The position numbers were made by a program, and so were the translations under genes. From the NCBI GenBank assembly GCA_048772705.1, contig JBLWGC010000104.1, positions 496,001 to 560,000 on the forward strand: a stretch of 64,000 nt of DNA. The letters are read 5' to 3'. Source of the stretch: Leidyana gryllorum EB-2025a (lineage: Eukaryota > Protista > Apicomplexa). This document shows, piece after piece, positions 1 through 13,000 of the stretch; position 1 is the stretch's first letter; each line of letters opens with the position of its first letter. The notes under the pieces are model-generated. The model made no database searches. It saw only the letters and a list, made by a program, of their open reading frames with translations, and was not told the DNA's origin.

Positions 1-945
1 GATCGCAGCAGCGTCAACGAGCTGAGTGATCATCCCAACAGCGATCACCGGAATGTTCGCCTCTCTTCTGACCTTTTCAGCCAGAGGGATTTGGAATTGG
101 GGAGTGGAGGGGAACTGCTGCTTAGAATTGTTGCCACCGCTGCTGACGTGAGCCACATCCACACCAATCTCCTTCAGTTTTCTCGCGTAGACCACCGCGT
201 CATCGACGTCGAAACCTCCTTCAACCCACTCAGTGGCGGAGAAACGCACAATGAGAGGCATCGAAGGTGGGAGAGCTTCGCGAACTGCTTTGCACACCTC
301 CAAGGGGAACCGCAAACGGTTCTCCAGACTTCCGCCATAGGCATCAGTACGGGTGTTCGAGAGCGGACTAGTGAAGGACGAAAGGAGGTAGCCATGGGCT
401 GAGTGGATTTCGATGGCATCAAATCCAGCTTTGACACATCTCGTAGCCGCAGCCACAAACATGTCGCGGACCTCTTCCATATCCTCGCGAGTCATTTCAC
501 GGGGGGCGTGATAGTGCTCATCGAAGGCAATGGCGCTGGGGCCAATACACTCGGAACCGTATTGGTCTTCAGCCGTAAGGTGAACGGGATTGGGCACCAT
601 ACAGTTCACACAAGTCGCCTTCCGGCCACCGTGCGCAATCTGAATGGCAGTTTTGGAGTGGCTGTTCTCGTGTATGTAATCATTGATACGTTTGAGCGGG
701 GCAATACAAGCATCGCTGAAAACTCCCATATCGCCGGGCTGCAGACGGCCGCGATAGTCCACAGGTGCTGCCTCTAAGATGATCAGACCAGCTCCACCCA
801 TAGCGAAACCCCCGTAGTGCACGAGATGACGGTCGTTAGGCTCATTGGTTACTGGATCAGACAACCAAGTGCACATCGGCGGTACCACAATGCGGTTGGG
901 AATCTCAAGCCCGCGGATTTTCCATGATTGCAGAGCAGCGGACAT
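1..945 (-). CDS. NADH:flavin oxidoreductase / Old Yellow Enzyme, YqjM/NamA-like (3' end runs off the window)
   Basis: Manual minus-strand translation from ATG 945: MSAALQSWKIRGLEIPNRIVVPPMCTW...GGAGLIILEA...IQIAHGGRKA...AGFDAIEIHSAHGYLLSSFTSPLSNTRTDAYGGSLENRLRF. Intronless in the visible part. Absent from the ORF track because it has no stop inside the window. Confidence 0.95.
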   Translation of the reverse strand, partial: MSAALQSWKIRGLEIPNRIVVPPMCTWLSDPVTNEPNDRHLVHYGGFAMGGAGLIILEAAPVDYRGRLQPGDMGVFSDACIAPLKRINDYIHENSHSKTAIQIAHGGRKATCVNCMVPNPVHLTAEDQYGSECIGPSAIAFDEHYHAPREMTREDMEEVRDMFVAAATRCVKAGFDAIEIHSAHGYLLSSFTSPLSNTRTDAYGGSLENRLRFPLEVCKAVREALPPSMPLIVRFSATEWVEGGFDVDDAVVYARKLKEIGVDVAHVSSGGNNSKQQFPSTPQFQIPLAEKVRREANIPVIAVGMITQLVDAAAI

Positions 946-1480
946 CTTGATAAGTGTTGAAGGACTAGTGGGTTCGAATCACACTTCTTTTTTTGCCACT
1001 AAGCTTTTGGGACATGTTTGGGACAGCCGTCGGGACAGTGTTTGGGTCATCAATGTCCCTTTCCGAAGTGTGTTGTGGACAGTCTCGCTAACTAGGAAGG
1101 CTTCGCATTTGGCATTATGCCTGGAGTAGTCAGAGCGAGATTCATGGTGGGGAGGGAGGCAGGCAGGTTTGTGCAACCCGCAAAGGAGATAGAGGTACAA
1201 CGTCCTTCCTATGTCTGAATGTGTGATGATGGACTTCCCAAGAGCATATATACTGGTTGATTATGTTTAGAAAGTGCTGATGAACCTGGCCATCGATGGA
1301 GAGCTCCCATGATCGACGGGATTTATGACTAGATGCATTGGATCCAGAAAACTTCCCTGTTGCTTATCTTATGTTGGCAGAGGCCACCCTCTCGCGGGTG
1401 TACCTTTCCTGCCGGGCACCTCAGACAGTAGGCTGCAAGCATAACTTAAGCTCAAAGCGCTTCGAAGCCCAGGCGAGCAG

Positions 1481-2962
1481 CTATTGAGCGGCAGCAGCTG
1501 CAGCAGCGGCCCTCAGCAACCGGCTTATCGGCCGAGAGACAACATTTGTGCCTTCCTCGGGTCCCTCCATGGGTGTCTGCAGATTGGGAGACCATGTCTT
1601 TGAAGTTTTGAAGCGGATGTGTCACTTACCATGAAGCCCTTCAGGACAGGAATAGGATCGAGTTTGAGGCGGCGTCCTTTAGATAGCTTCCGGTCCTCTT
1701 TCGAACCTGATGCAGATTGGGCAGTTGGGATGAGTATGAGGAGGATGTGGGCTTACGGGAGCTGGGAGTCCGTCGTTGTTGAAGTAGAGCTACAGAGGCA
1801 CTGGCAGCAGGCGAGGTTTTCAACGACGCGTCGTCTCCCTTGACGAAGCGGCGTAGCAAGAAAGAATAATACTCCGCGTCGTCATAGACCATCGTCTGGC
1901 CAACTACCTCCTGTCCAATACCTGCAGACGGTTTCCAGTCGGTCTGACTGGCTGCAAAGGAGCGACAAAAGTCGAGTCCTTTCATAAACTCCTCTGTCTG
2001 CTTAGAGACTCTCTTGTTCAACACAGCGAACTCCTCTTTCTGTTGCAGCGCGTTAGTTAGTTGATTGATTGGGAGGAGATATTTGATTCACTTACAGCTA
2101 TCTGTTGCCGCATTCTGTCCATCGTTTCGCAAACGCGTCGACGTTTGACTTCCTGCCAGAGGCGGTCCTCAATGGTCCACTGAGGATCGCGATCAGCAAA
2201 CTTTGTCTTACGGTAGCGACGGAGCGCCAAGCCGAGGTGACGGACATTGCTTGAAGACTGATTTATGGTCGAAGGATTGACGGAGGTTGAATTGACTTCA
2301 TTTACAGCTTGTTGCGAGCTATTCTTCTCTTTCGTTTTGACATCCTCATTGCTGATACCCCAAGTGGCGGGCGGGATGCCCGGCACTTGTGTGCGCAGGG
2401 AATTCAGCAATGCTCCGGATTCTTCTAGATTCCATTCGGTGTCACTTGGGCACTCTGCACGCGTAGTTGAGCTCTCGCTGGCGGGTTGACCCAGAAATGA
2501 ACTCAGTATAGAGTTCAGCTGTTGCTCGCAATTTGAAACGGCGTTATAAAGATCATTGACGGCGGTTGTAGGCTCCAGTCGCTTGGCATTCATAGGTGGA
2601 AGTAGGCCGAATAGGGGTCCGCAGATGGTACTCTGAAGCTGGATTCTTTGACCCAGAAGTTTCGAGGCATATGTTTTCAGCGAACGAAGGGCTTTAGCAC
2701 GTTCAAGCTCCTCACGTTCCAGTTCATTATCCTGACGCTCGAAAACTTGAACTTCTGCCCGCCTACTCTCTTCTTCCAACTCTTGAACGGCTTTGGCCAA
2801 ATCTTGGCTGAACAGAATTGAAGACGGCTCAGCTCTTGTTGACTTGTCTGAATCGGCTCCCCGCCAGCCGCACCTGGAGGCGTTGCCGCCGGCTTCAAGC
2901 GCGCTAGATATTCTATCCGTCTGGGCTTCACATGAAGACGACGTTGAGTCCGATTCAGACAT
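1481..2962 (-). CDS. AATF: AATF/Bfr2 (TRAUB domain) SSU processome factor, about 4 exons
   Basis: SKLLGQRIQLQ (N-terminal domain), YDDAEYYSFLLRRF and DRKLSKGRRLKLDPIPVLKGFM (TRAUB). Joined by GTAAG..CAG introns near 2040-2095, 1705-1755 and 1577-1629. Confidence 0.85.
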
Positions 2963-3095
2963 ACCTCCCAAAAAAATAAAGTATGTCCACCGACCATGTA
3001 TAGTGACACCTTTGCAGGAGCCAGCTTCACAGAGAGTAAGCCACGTCCCGAACCTACGCGCCATATGGCCTAGTGCACTGATCTACGCCCCCAAG

Positions 3096-4611
3096 ATGTA
3101 CACCTCTAATCTGTGTGTGTCTACTGTGTGCTTCCAAACCTTGCTTTTGTCTGGAACCTGAGTGTCTTCACCACCGTCTTGTAACCTGGCCACATCAGCT
3201 GTCCGCAGATAAGGCCGGCGGATTCATTCCCGGTGGCTTCAATTTTGGCGATGGAGGCGACTCCTTCCTCGCCCCCAATGCGGGATCAGCGCTTCCCTCG
3301 CTCTACTCGCCGTATATGGCCGCAACAAGTGACACGCACCGAAGGAATTGTCTGCCCTTACAGGTAGGCATGATCTTCAAGGCCTACAATGAAAACCCTC
3401 AAGCGACTCGGGTGGTGCTGAACGGTAAGCACTTGAAGCGAGGCGTATATTGGGAGTGTACCCTAACAGGAGAGGAGGTTGGGCATCTTAAGCTCGTCGG
3501 ACGGTGTGTGGGAATGCAGCGGGAGACACACGGTGGCTCAGAGAAGCTCGTGTTCCGACTGGAAGATGACACCGGCATGATAACGGTAGAGTGGTTGATC
3601 GGAGTGGTAGCAGAAGCGAACAGTCCCTGGTTGACGAATGAGCTTCAGAAACTGCAGGATGAAGCTACGGAGAGGAGCATTCATGTGAAGGTGTGGGGGG
3701 AATGCAATTTAAGAGGTGTGCATGAACCGCGTGTTAAGGCCAATGTGGTGCACAAGGTGGAGAATTATCACGAGGTGGAGTTGCACAAACTCGACACAAT
3801 GATGTATCAGATGTCCCAACCCTCTCACCCTCTCTCAGCGCAACTTTTGCAGCTGCGTCAGTCGGCAACTGGAACAGCCCCAATGGCTTCGAAGATGAAT
3901 TCATCCTCAATGGAACAATCTTTCCCCACATCCTCGAACTCCACTTCTGCTGTGGCTCCCAGCAATGCCCCTGTGACCTTAGTTTCCAATAAGTCGGCCG
4001 TCAGTAACCTGCCCGGCAGTAATTCTTCATTTCTGTCAGCCACTGGTGCTACTAATCCTCCGGCCCCTGCGCCTTCCCCGAAGCCCACTCACCATACAAC
4101 GCCCTCTCGCTCGGCGGGAGGGTTCGCAGCTGCACCGACACCCTTTGGGACGACTGTCCAGCAGCCGCCACCGCAGACATATGGTTTTGGCGCTCCTCTT
4201 GCACAGTCTTATGTTTCAGCTCCGCCACCCCAGCAACCCTTTGGCATGTATGGTGGTATGACTCCGACACGGCCCAATGCGGACCGTGATGGGGATGGTG
4301 ATGGTGAGAAGCTCCGGCAGCGTAACTGGGAGGCAATTCGATTCGCATCTTCGTCAGATTCGTCCCCGTCAATGGCCATCACCGTTCCGCCTGCGATCGC
4401 AAGCAGCGATTCTTTGTCGTTGGTGGAACGCGTTTGTATCTTTTTAAGAGCTAATACGGAGAGTCGCCCAGAAGGGATACACGTCAGAGTGATTGGGCAG
4501 CTTTTACATGCTGAAGTCCCCGAAGTCCAGGAAGCCCTGCGCGAGCTGGAGGATCGCGGTGACGCTTTCTACACACGAAATAGCCAGATATGGTCAGGCG
4601 TAGCGAAATGA
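3096..4611 (+). CDS. RPA2: Replication protein A 32 kDa subunit (OB fold, Pro/Ser linker, C-terminal winged helix)
   Basis: N-terminal GGF motifs, OB fold (VFRLEDDTGMITVEW...VKVWGE...YHEVELHKLD), C-terminal EGIHVRVI...VQEALRELEDRGDAFYT. Introns at ~3115-3208 and ~3424-3469. Confidence 0.8.
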
Positions 4612-4632
4612 TTTTCGATAGATATTTCACCA

Positions 4633-6468
4633 ATGGCTCGGCGCTCGTATTTCCCCCTTCGCTCGGCGGGAACAGGACTGCAGCAGGGCTTCAATAGTAA
4701 ATATGTTTTGCTCTTGACGCTCGCGGCGACAGTAGCCTGTGGTGCTATTTGGTTGAGTACCACTGTTAACTATGTTGGAGTAGCTCAATGGATGACACTC
4801 CCATCTCTGACATCCCCCCTTCACCGATGCAGCACAAGCCTGGGTGACTCCGAGGAACTTTCTGACAGCGGACTGATGTGCCGAAGTCATGTCCAAAGAT
4901 CTTCGGCCGTGCTGGAACATATCTCGACTTTAAAAATCACCGATCCAGCGTTTTACGACGCATTCTCGGACGGAGAGATCTTTAGTTATTTCCCACAACC
5001 CTCCCCACCGGTTCCATTCTATATATGGGATGATCACGAAGTGATAGGCAAAATTCATCATTGTGACCAGTTGCCGGAGCTGAGTTCTTTCCTGGACGGT
5101 GACGTGGGGGCGTATGAGGACCTCATCGACTCCCCCTGGAGGACTTTCAACAAAGATGAGGCAATCATCCATTATGTACCATTCGAGTACGGAAAGTTAG
5201 AGGAGGGATCGTGTCATGTCTCGAAAGAAGAATTAACCGAATTGATAGATTACGTGAGTTACCTCAAAGCCGCCAGAGCCCCCTAGGATCCCCCTTCGCC
5301 CCGAAAATGTATACATATGTAATATGTGTGGATGTGGAGCCTGTTGACGCTTTCGTCTACAATCTTCTTTTGCCGTCTCGTGTCTGCAAACACGTGTGTA
5401 TTGCTGCAGATTACGGGAAGTGAAGAATACAAGAAGTATAATGGGATGAACTTTGTGTGGATTTCTAGTACCTATCGTAACGAAGTATATTCCAGCGGCC
5501 GCGAAAGCGATATCTTTCATGAGAAAGCGGAGGCACCTCTCAATTGGACCTCCTTCGAAGAGTTCTTTATTCAAGCCTCCACGGCGTTTCAAGCTAGCAA
5601 TCCTCGCCTTAGACCCTGTTCCGTGGATGTGGCCTTCTCTGCTAACGTCAGGCTCCGGGAGGCCAAAACATTTCCGCATGGTTACATCGCGTCTTACAAG
5701 TATCCAGGTGGTGCCTATGAGTTGGTGCGGCGGGAGCGCCCAATCAACTCTATATTCATCGGGCAAGCCGACGAGAGGCCTGCTTACGCATCGAGGAAGT
5801 CGCTGATCACTTCGCTCCCTGGGACGTGGGAGCCGAGCATTTTGGCCTTGTACAAGGCTAGCGAAGGTATTCCCGAGTGCAAACATCCTGATAATCTGTC
5901 TGGCTGCTCGATTCCAAAACATCTTTCCAAGAAGTCTACCTATGTGGACAAACTAAAAGTCTCCAAATTCGGTTGGCATTTCCGAGGCGACGAATTCAGC
6001 TCCGCTCGTATGTCGGACATTGTGGCTGGAGGGGCCCTTCCTTTGGTGGTGATGAAAGAAGCGTTGGACATCTCAGTAGTTCATCAGTGCCATGTTCCAT
6101 GGCGCGACATAGCAATCTTCTTCCCGCTTGACGATTTCGTTCGAGATCCCAAACCGTTGTTGACGGAGCAAGTTTTGAGTCTCAAAGCCAGTGACCTGGA
6201 AAAGAGGTACCGACTTTTGGAGTACTATCGCGGAGAAGCCGTCCACGCCCTGGGCGACAAAGGGGCCGTTCACAATCTGCTGAGATCTTTTGTTAATCGT
6301 TGCATCCCGGAGAGCACGCTGGCCTCGCTTGGCATGTCGAAAACTCAATTCGAATGTCCCTTCACGGACTTCCGGAAGCGGCAAGTATGGGACGTTCGCG
6401 GCGACGAAGACGACACGCCGGCGTGGGCTCCCAATTGGTATCGAGCTACCCGCCGTCAGGTGTCTTGA
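4633..6468 (+). CDS. Exostosin-family (GT47) glycosyltransferase, type II membrane, 2 exons
   Basis: N-terminal TM anchor. SKFGWHFRGDEFSSARMSDIVAGGALPLVV...VPWRDIAIF resembles the GT47 core. Intron ~5254-5410 (GTGAG..CTGCAG). Confidence 0.8.
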
Positions 6469-6589
6469 AGGTCAGATACCATACTTAAGGTCTTGCAGAA
6501 GAAGGTTCCCAATTGGGAGAGAAAACTGAATCCTGCCTTGAGAATGTTACATCGAATCGAATTACCTTGCAAATTTAGTTGCGAAAGGA

Positions 6590-8414
6590 TCACACCCCCT
6601 CCAACCAGTGTGGTGCCCAGGAGGGATTGTCATCATCATCTCCTAGAGTTGACCAGACCTGCTTCTTCTGAAAATCACCAAAGGGGCAGGCCAATTTGGT
6701 CTTGGAGAGATGAAAGTCCGCTAGCACACTTTCAGGGAGGCAATCTCGAACAAAATGAGTTAAAGAATTGTGCGGAGCGACCCAACTATCCAAAGAATGG
6801 AGCATCTCCGATCGATAGTATTCCAGCAGCCGGAAGCGCTTTTCGAATTCGGCATCTGTGGTGTTCACCACTTCTCTCAACAAAACCCCTCTTGAGTCCC
6901 GCTCAAAATCGTCAAGATCGAGGAAAAAGGCGATTCTATGCCATGGAATGGAACACTGTAGATTCGTTGACATGTCCAGCGCTTCCCGCATCACAACAAT
7001 CGGAATCGTCTGAGCCGCCACGATATCTGAGAAACGGGCCGAGCTGAAATCGTCCCCACGAAAGTGGAAACCCATGCGTGATTTCGCCAGATAATCGCCA
7101 TAGCGAACCTCTTTCTTCAGGTCCGCCGTTAATGAGCATCCACTCAGATCGTCGACACTCTTGCACTTTCTGAGACTCGCGTGTGTCTCCTCCAAGTGTG
7201 CGACGCGCTCCATAACAGCATTCTGGACTGATGACCAAGCCAGCACGGACGGTTCTAGAACACCTGGCAGCTGTTCCATCACTCGACGCCGGCATGTGTA
7301 CGCCTTTCGCTGGTCCCCCTGTCCAATGAATATGGTGTTGTAGGGTCGCTGCTTCTTCACTTGGGCCCAGATACCACCGTCGTATCGATAGGACTCTAAG
7401 GTACCGGCCGGCCAGTTCTGCAGTTTGCGGAACTCTCGATTCGGCGAATAAGCAATGTTGCCTGTGCATTGTCGCAAGTGAGGATTAGAGGCTTGGTACA
7501 CGCCCGTCATCGTATAGAACATTCGATCGAACGGGCTTGAGTCAGCCCCAAAGCTGGGTTGATTCTTGTCCTTGCGCGACTGCTCCTGCAGTAGCCCTCT
7601 CTCATACCGGCTCGTTCGCACCTCATTTTTGTAGGTACTGGAGATGTAGAAAAAGTTGGCACCCGCATACCGTTTCCACTCTGGGCTCTTGAGTACCTAT
7701 TGCGCGCGCGATTATGAATCTTGAAGCGCTCAGGGCGCGGCAGGGGCTTACCTCGGCAGCGGCCTTGTTGGCCAGATCCCAGTCAATTTTGCACGTCCGC
7801 AACTCCCCAGCCGTCTTGCCCCAATCGATGGGTAAATAATGGACCACGGCTTGTGACTTGTTGTAAACTTTCCATGGAGAAGACTTGATGTCGTTGTACC
7901 ACGTTTCATCGCCATCCAAAAAGCTCTTGGAGTCCTCCAGAGGAGTGCAGTTGGACTGGAACTGTTTGAAACCAGCCAAGTCGTCCCAAATGTAGAACGG
8001 AATGGTCATTTGAGTGGAGATCGATGGACTGAATAGGGAGTACACTTCGCCCTCAGTGAATACCTCGTAGAAATAAGGGTCGCTTATCCGTAGTCGCTTG
8101 ATGTACTCCAAGACTTCAGATCTATGCGTGTAGGTCGGGATGTCAGAATCACCATCTCCGAACAGTCCGCTCTCGGGCACCTCCAAGCGGGTAATGGGTT
8201 CGTTGGGCAACGACTCGATATATGTAATAATCAATGTGTATAACAGCAATACGGTTGACATGACGCCTATCGACCACGCCCAATACGGATGTCGTATGCA
8301 CTCTCTCCGAAGGAGGTGCACCTTGCGTACGGCCCACCATTTGATTAGGGCGACCTGCAGCCAGAGCCCTTTCACTGTTGGGAGTGGTGGCTTCTGTATA
8401 TCGTGCCACAACAT
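6590..8414 (-). CDS. Exostosin-family (GT47) glycosyltransferase, paralogue of 4633-6468, 2 exons
   Basis: SRMGFHFRGDDFSSARFSDIVAAQTIPIVV...IPWHRIAFF. Intron ~7697-7751 at the equivalent position. Shared C-terminal CPFxDFxKxQVW...GDxDD.PxWAPxW. Confidence 0.8.
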
Positions 8415-8496
8415 TGTAGAAAACTGTCGCTTGGATTTAAAACTCTGACTATACTAAAACTAAGGATGAGCACATGCGACCGACCGACCAATCAAG

Positions 8497-9977
8497 TCAA
8501 TTGTTGATTTGGTCAGTGGACTGTCGAGCTAAATGCGATCGCTTGTCCTGCCGTGACCAGTCTTGGGAGTAACCCAACAATCGAGCTGTCTCTTTGCGGA
8601 GAGTCTGTCGTCCCAGGGCAGCTTCAATCTCATCGTAGGCCTGGTCAACCCAGCGATAAGCCATCAAGTCGCTTAAACACGCCTCCCGATAGATCTCCAG
8701 GACGGGTCGCAGGCAACCTTTGGCATTGATTCCCTCGCGCTGACAGAGAGACGGGAGAGAGTGACACGGGGAAGAGTTATGCGAAGGGTGCGGGTTATAG
8801 GCCAACCGGCCAACAGGAGCCTTTGCCGACCTCTGTCTCGACCAGGTCGACTGTGCGTCAGGGCGGAGCCTTCGTTGCACCTACCTGTTGAGGAGTGGCC
8901 CAGACGAGTTGTTCGGTGATCCACCAGACATAGTCGGGTAATCTGTACCCCGTATAGCGGGGGAGGCGTTCCAAGACGCGGTCCATCAAGGTGGATTGAT
9001 GTGCCTCATTGGGGAAATACGAAAAGATCTGCATTATCATTCCAGTGCCCCAGTCTTCGAACCAATCGTCTGGAGTGGTGTAGAGGTCTTCCACAGCTTT
9101 GATGAGTGCTTTGGCTCTGTTTGCGTCTTGGGCTCCTGCAGATGTGTTTGGAACCCCCGATCGGCCTTCTCACTAGCGCTGCTCACCGACAGCCAGACCA
9201 ATGGCGGCCTTGAATGCAGGTACTCTGACACCGTCCCGAGCGGTGAGGAGGGCAGTGATCTTGTCGCCGAGGTTGAGCGAGAGGAAGTAGTTAGCGCGCC
9301 TAGTTGCATCGGTTTGGTCTACGTCCAGAGCATCAGCTAGTTGTTCGCACATACGGGCAAGGGTGTCAGGGGTATTGGGGGGAAGGTGCGTTTGGTCGAC
9401 ATCGGGTGACTCTCGGAAGAAGTCGACCAGAATGTCAAACTGTTGTGGTGGGACGGTGTCGAACAGTGGAATGACGCTTTGATTACGAATAGAAGCCACT
9501 ACTTCTTCGACTTCTAGGGGAGAGAGGCGGGGGTTCGAGGACAAGGCAGAGTATTCAGGGAGTTTGGCCAGTACAGGCAGTAACTCTGGGTACTTCGACA
9601 GCATTCGGCGCAAAGTGCAAGCGGCCCAGCGACGGAGGTCTATACACGGGTCGAGACCGGCGGCTGTGAGACATTTAGTTGCGAGAGGAGTCATGATTTC
9701 CTCTGGGACGAATGAATTGTCACAGAAGCGTAACATAAGTTCAAATGTACGTAACGCTTCCATTCGTACTGCCGTACTCTCTGACTGCAGAAGGCTCAAT
9801 AAGCCCTGCAGGTGATCGCTTGTTAACTGTTTATCATCAACAAGGCTTCTGAAGCGTTCCCCATTGTTCAAATTAACTCTGGTCTGATAAAACCAGGGCA
9901 ATGGTGGATCGAAAGTGCATACCTACTGAACGTAGCCTGTACAAATCGGGCAAAGCAGATCGCCAAGTGTCCAACAT
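8497..9977 (-). CDS. Hypothetical ARM/HEAT-like helical repeat protein, multi-exon
   Basis: ORFs 9173-9901, 8858-9094 and 8497-8880 can be joined by short GT-AG introns. LLSLLQSESTAVRMEALRTF is HEAT/ARM-like. The start at 9977 assumes a small first exon. Confidence 0.5.
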
Positions 9978-10020
9978 GATAATGTCGGTTGTTTTTCCCT
10001 CAAAGAAGAAGCGGTTCCGG

Positions 10021-13000
10021 ATGCTGTTGCCTTCTAGTTACCGGTGCGAGTATGAGGCGAATAATTGGGAGCTTTTTCTGAGTTATACCCCCTTCCCTCT
10101 GCAGCAGTGCCCCTCTGTGCTACACATTCTGCGCCATCATGCAACCAGCACTTACCGGAACCGAACTGTTCTCTGCTGGCAAGACACTAATCTTACTTTG
10201 GCCGAACTCTGGCAGTACAGCGAAAGACTAACCTATGCGACCTTCTACAAAGAACCGAACCCGCCCGCAGCAAGGCTACTGAGCCTTTTTTCGTCCCCAT
10301 CGCCGGCCCCCTTCGATGCGGGAGAGGAGTACTTCGACGACGACGACGAATCCCCGTTAGGATCCCATTCAGACTCGCAAATTAACGACAGGAATAGCAC
10401 AAAGAGTAGCAAGAAAGCAGATACCCCACAGGGCAATCCCATCAAGGCGACCAATTCCTCACCCGTCCTACCTCACAGATACACTCGGCCCTGGGTGGCC
10501 GTTCTTTTGGATGACCATCGCGACTTCTTCTTCTATCTTTTGGCTTTGCAAAGGTATTGATCAGCAGTATCGTCTTGACGACGAGACCTCTCTCCCCGTT
10601 TCTTCTCAGGGCCGGTTTTGCGACACTGCTCCTCAGTCCTCGCAACTCACTATCTGGCGTGAAAGATCTCTGCCGTCAATGCCATTGCCGTGCGATGCTA
10701 GTCTCTGCCCGGTTGGCACCGTTGGTTGAAGCTCTGAAGGCCGAGGGGTACATTATAGCCACGGTGCCCGCCTTCTCAATGCCTGAATTAGATTTAATCT
10801 CTGATAAAGTCATTGCTCAAGTTTTGCCTGAGTTCCAATGTCCAGCTCCGAATGAGATTGAGGAAGTGAGATTCTGTTTGCACAGTTCTGGGAGTACACA
10901 GGCTGCCAGAGCGGTGTTCTGTCGGAACAGATATGTCCTTTCCAATTGTACTGTTGGAGTCTCAGTTGGACTCAACGGCTTCAGTCTTGACGAAACTAGG
11001 ATTGCCTTTGCTCCACTCTTCCACACCCTCGGCTTTATTACCGCTTGGGGAGCTGCAATCGTTGCCGCCGTCAAAGTTGTTCTCCCCACCTTCAGTTGCT
11101 GGCCTCCGCCGGTGGATGAGCTAATTCGGTAAGTGCTCTCAAACTAAGTGACTGACTATTCTCTTACCCACAGCGTCTTGATTCAATTCGAGCCCACATC
11201 AGTAACCTTCGTACCGTCGCTCTTACAGCATGTTGTGCAAAGTTTGTCTCCGGACGATGTTCGATGGGATGCGTTCCGCCGAATTCGCTCTATTACTTTT
11301 GGTGGGGCCATCCTGCCTCCCCACACTCTGGATTTGCTATTGGCACAGAAGGTGAAGCCACCACTCTCTCTCTCCCTAAAATCCCAATTCTCTCTCTCTT
11401 CAGCTGTCGATAAACTCGGCCTACGGGACGACTGAAGTTGGCTGTACGATGATGGGTATCCTTGGCGACCCTCAATTGGGACCCCTGCCGATGGCGGTGG
11501 TCAAGAACCTCCCCCATAAATTCGTCCCACTACCAGATCAACCAGACCACTTTGAATTAGTATTTAGATCAGATGCCATCACACTCGCCGATGGCGTCTG
11601 TAACTGTCCTTACGGCTATCAGACCGGCGACATATTCACCCAAGGTGAGGAGGCCTCTACAGATAGCGGGAGTCCTACTTCGTCTCATCAATCTGGGCGC
11701 CCGCTCTGCTCAAACTGCTCTTTCCGCCAATCGCATTTCTTAGGAGGAAAGCCCGGAACCTGGATATACGCACGACGCACCGATGATACTATTGTACACT
11801 CTACCGGGGAGAAGACCAACCCAATCCCAATAGAAAGCCAACTACTGGCAGTTCCCGCAATTGCGGCTTGCGTGTTGGTTGGCCAAAACAAACCCGCGGT
11901 AGCCGCTCTCATTGAACTCAATTGGAGGCTCGCCTGCGTGAGCCCCCTGACAGAACTGATGGACGACATATTCCGCGCGGTCGCCACAGCCAATCTTGAG
12001 GCTCCCACACACTCGAGGTGAGTCGCGGCGGCCGGAGAACGCAGAACGACTATATGTTGCAGAATCTTACGGGAATTGGTCTTTGTGCTGCCGCGAGACA
12101 GCCATTTGGTGATGAGCTCTAAAGGTGTCCCCATGCGTTCGAGATGCGAGAAAACCTTCAGCAATGAGCTGGATCGAATGTATGGCCGGCTGGGTGATAT
12201 CGAAGCCGTCCTGAATATGAAGAAGTCAGAGGCTGCTGGCGGTGTCTCGTACCGTCTTCCGCCCACCGCCTTCAGTGAACGGATCAGACGCAGTGTGCGA
12301 GTGGCCTTGGCAACCGCTTTAGACAAACCGATCGAGGAAATCACCGAGGTGTGTGCTTCTAAACAATGTTTGACCAAAAATGGTATGATTCTTCGTCTTG
12401 TCAGGAGGAAGACACATGCTTCTTCGAACTCGGCCTCGACAGCCAAGGGGCAATGGTTCTACGGGACGAAGTCGAACGACGACTTCGAATCGCGTTGGAA
12501 CCTTCGATGGTCTATGAACATCCCACGGCGCGACTGATGACGGAGCATTTGGTAGACAGATTAGGTGGTTGTTCCAATTCCGGCAATCATCCGGTCATGG
12601 AAGAGAAAGCTTTCATGCGAACTTTGGCTCTGCTGCTGGAGAAATCTGAATCAGAGATCAGCCGCACCGATCCATTAGCCGAACAGGGGCTAACAGAGAA
12701 CCAAAGTCGCATTCTCCACCATTTACTGGTCACTGTCACTGGCGCCCGTTTGCCCGCAAACTTCTTGGCGGAACATAAAACGGTGAAGGCAATTATTCTG
12801 GGTTTGCAAACTAATAATTACGTGTGCTTTACGCCAGTACACAACTGGGATGACACCCGATATCTCATCCGGAGGTTCCGTCACCTCATCGACGAATCGT
12901 CCCACGGTGCCTGGACGAACCTGAGTTCCTTGTCCCGACAGCGGTATGGCGGCGGAGACAGTGGTGCCGGAGAGGCGGTGGACGACACTGCGACTGAATC

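Noticed and set aside
91-777. Plus-strand ORFs 91-402 and 403-777
   Set aside because: They are antisense shadows of the minus-strand OYE gene.
5292-5330. ~36-nt similarity between the GT47 intron and the RPA2 start region (cgccccNaaNatgtaYac..taatNtgtgtg)
   Set aside because: Short, imperfect and partly low-complexity; probably chance.
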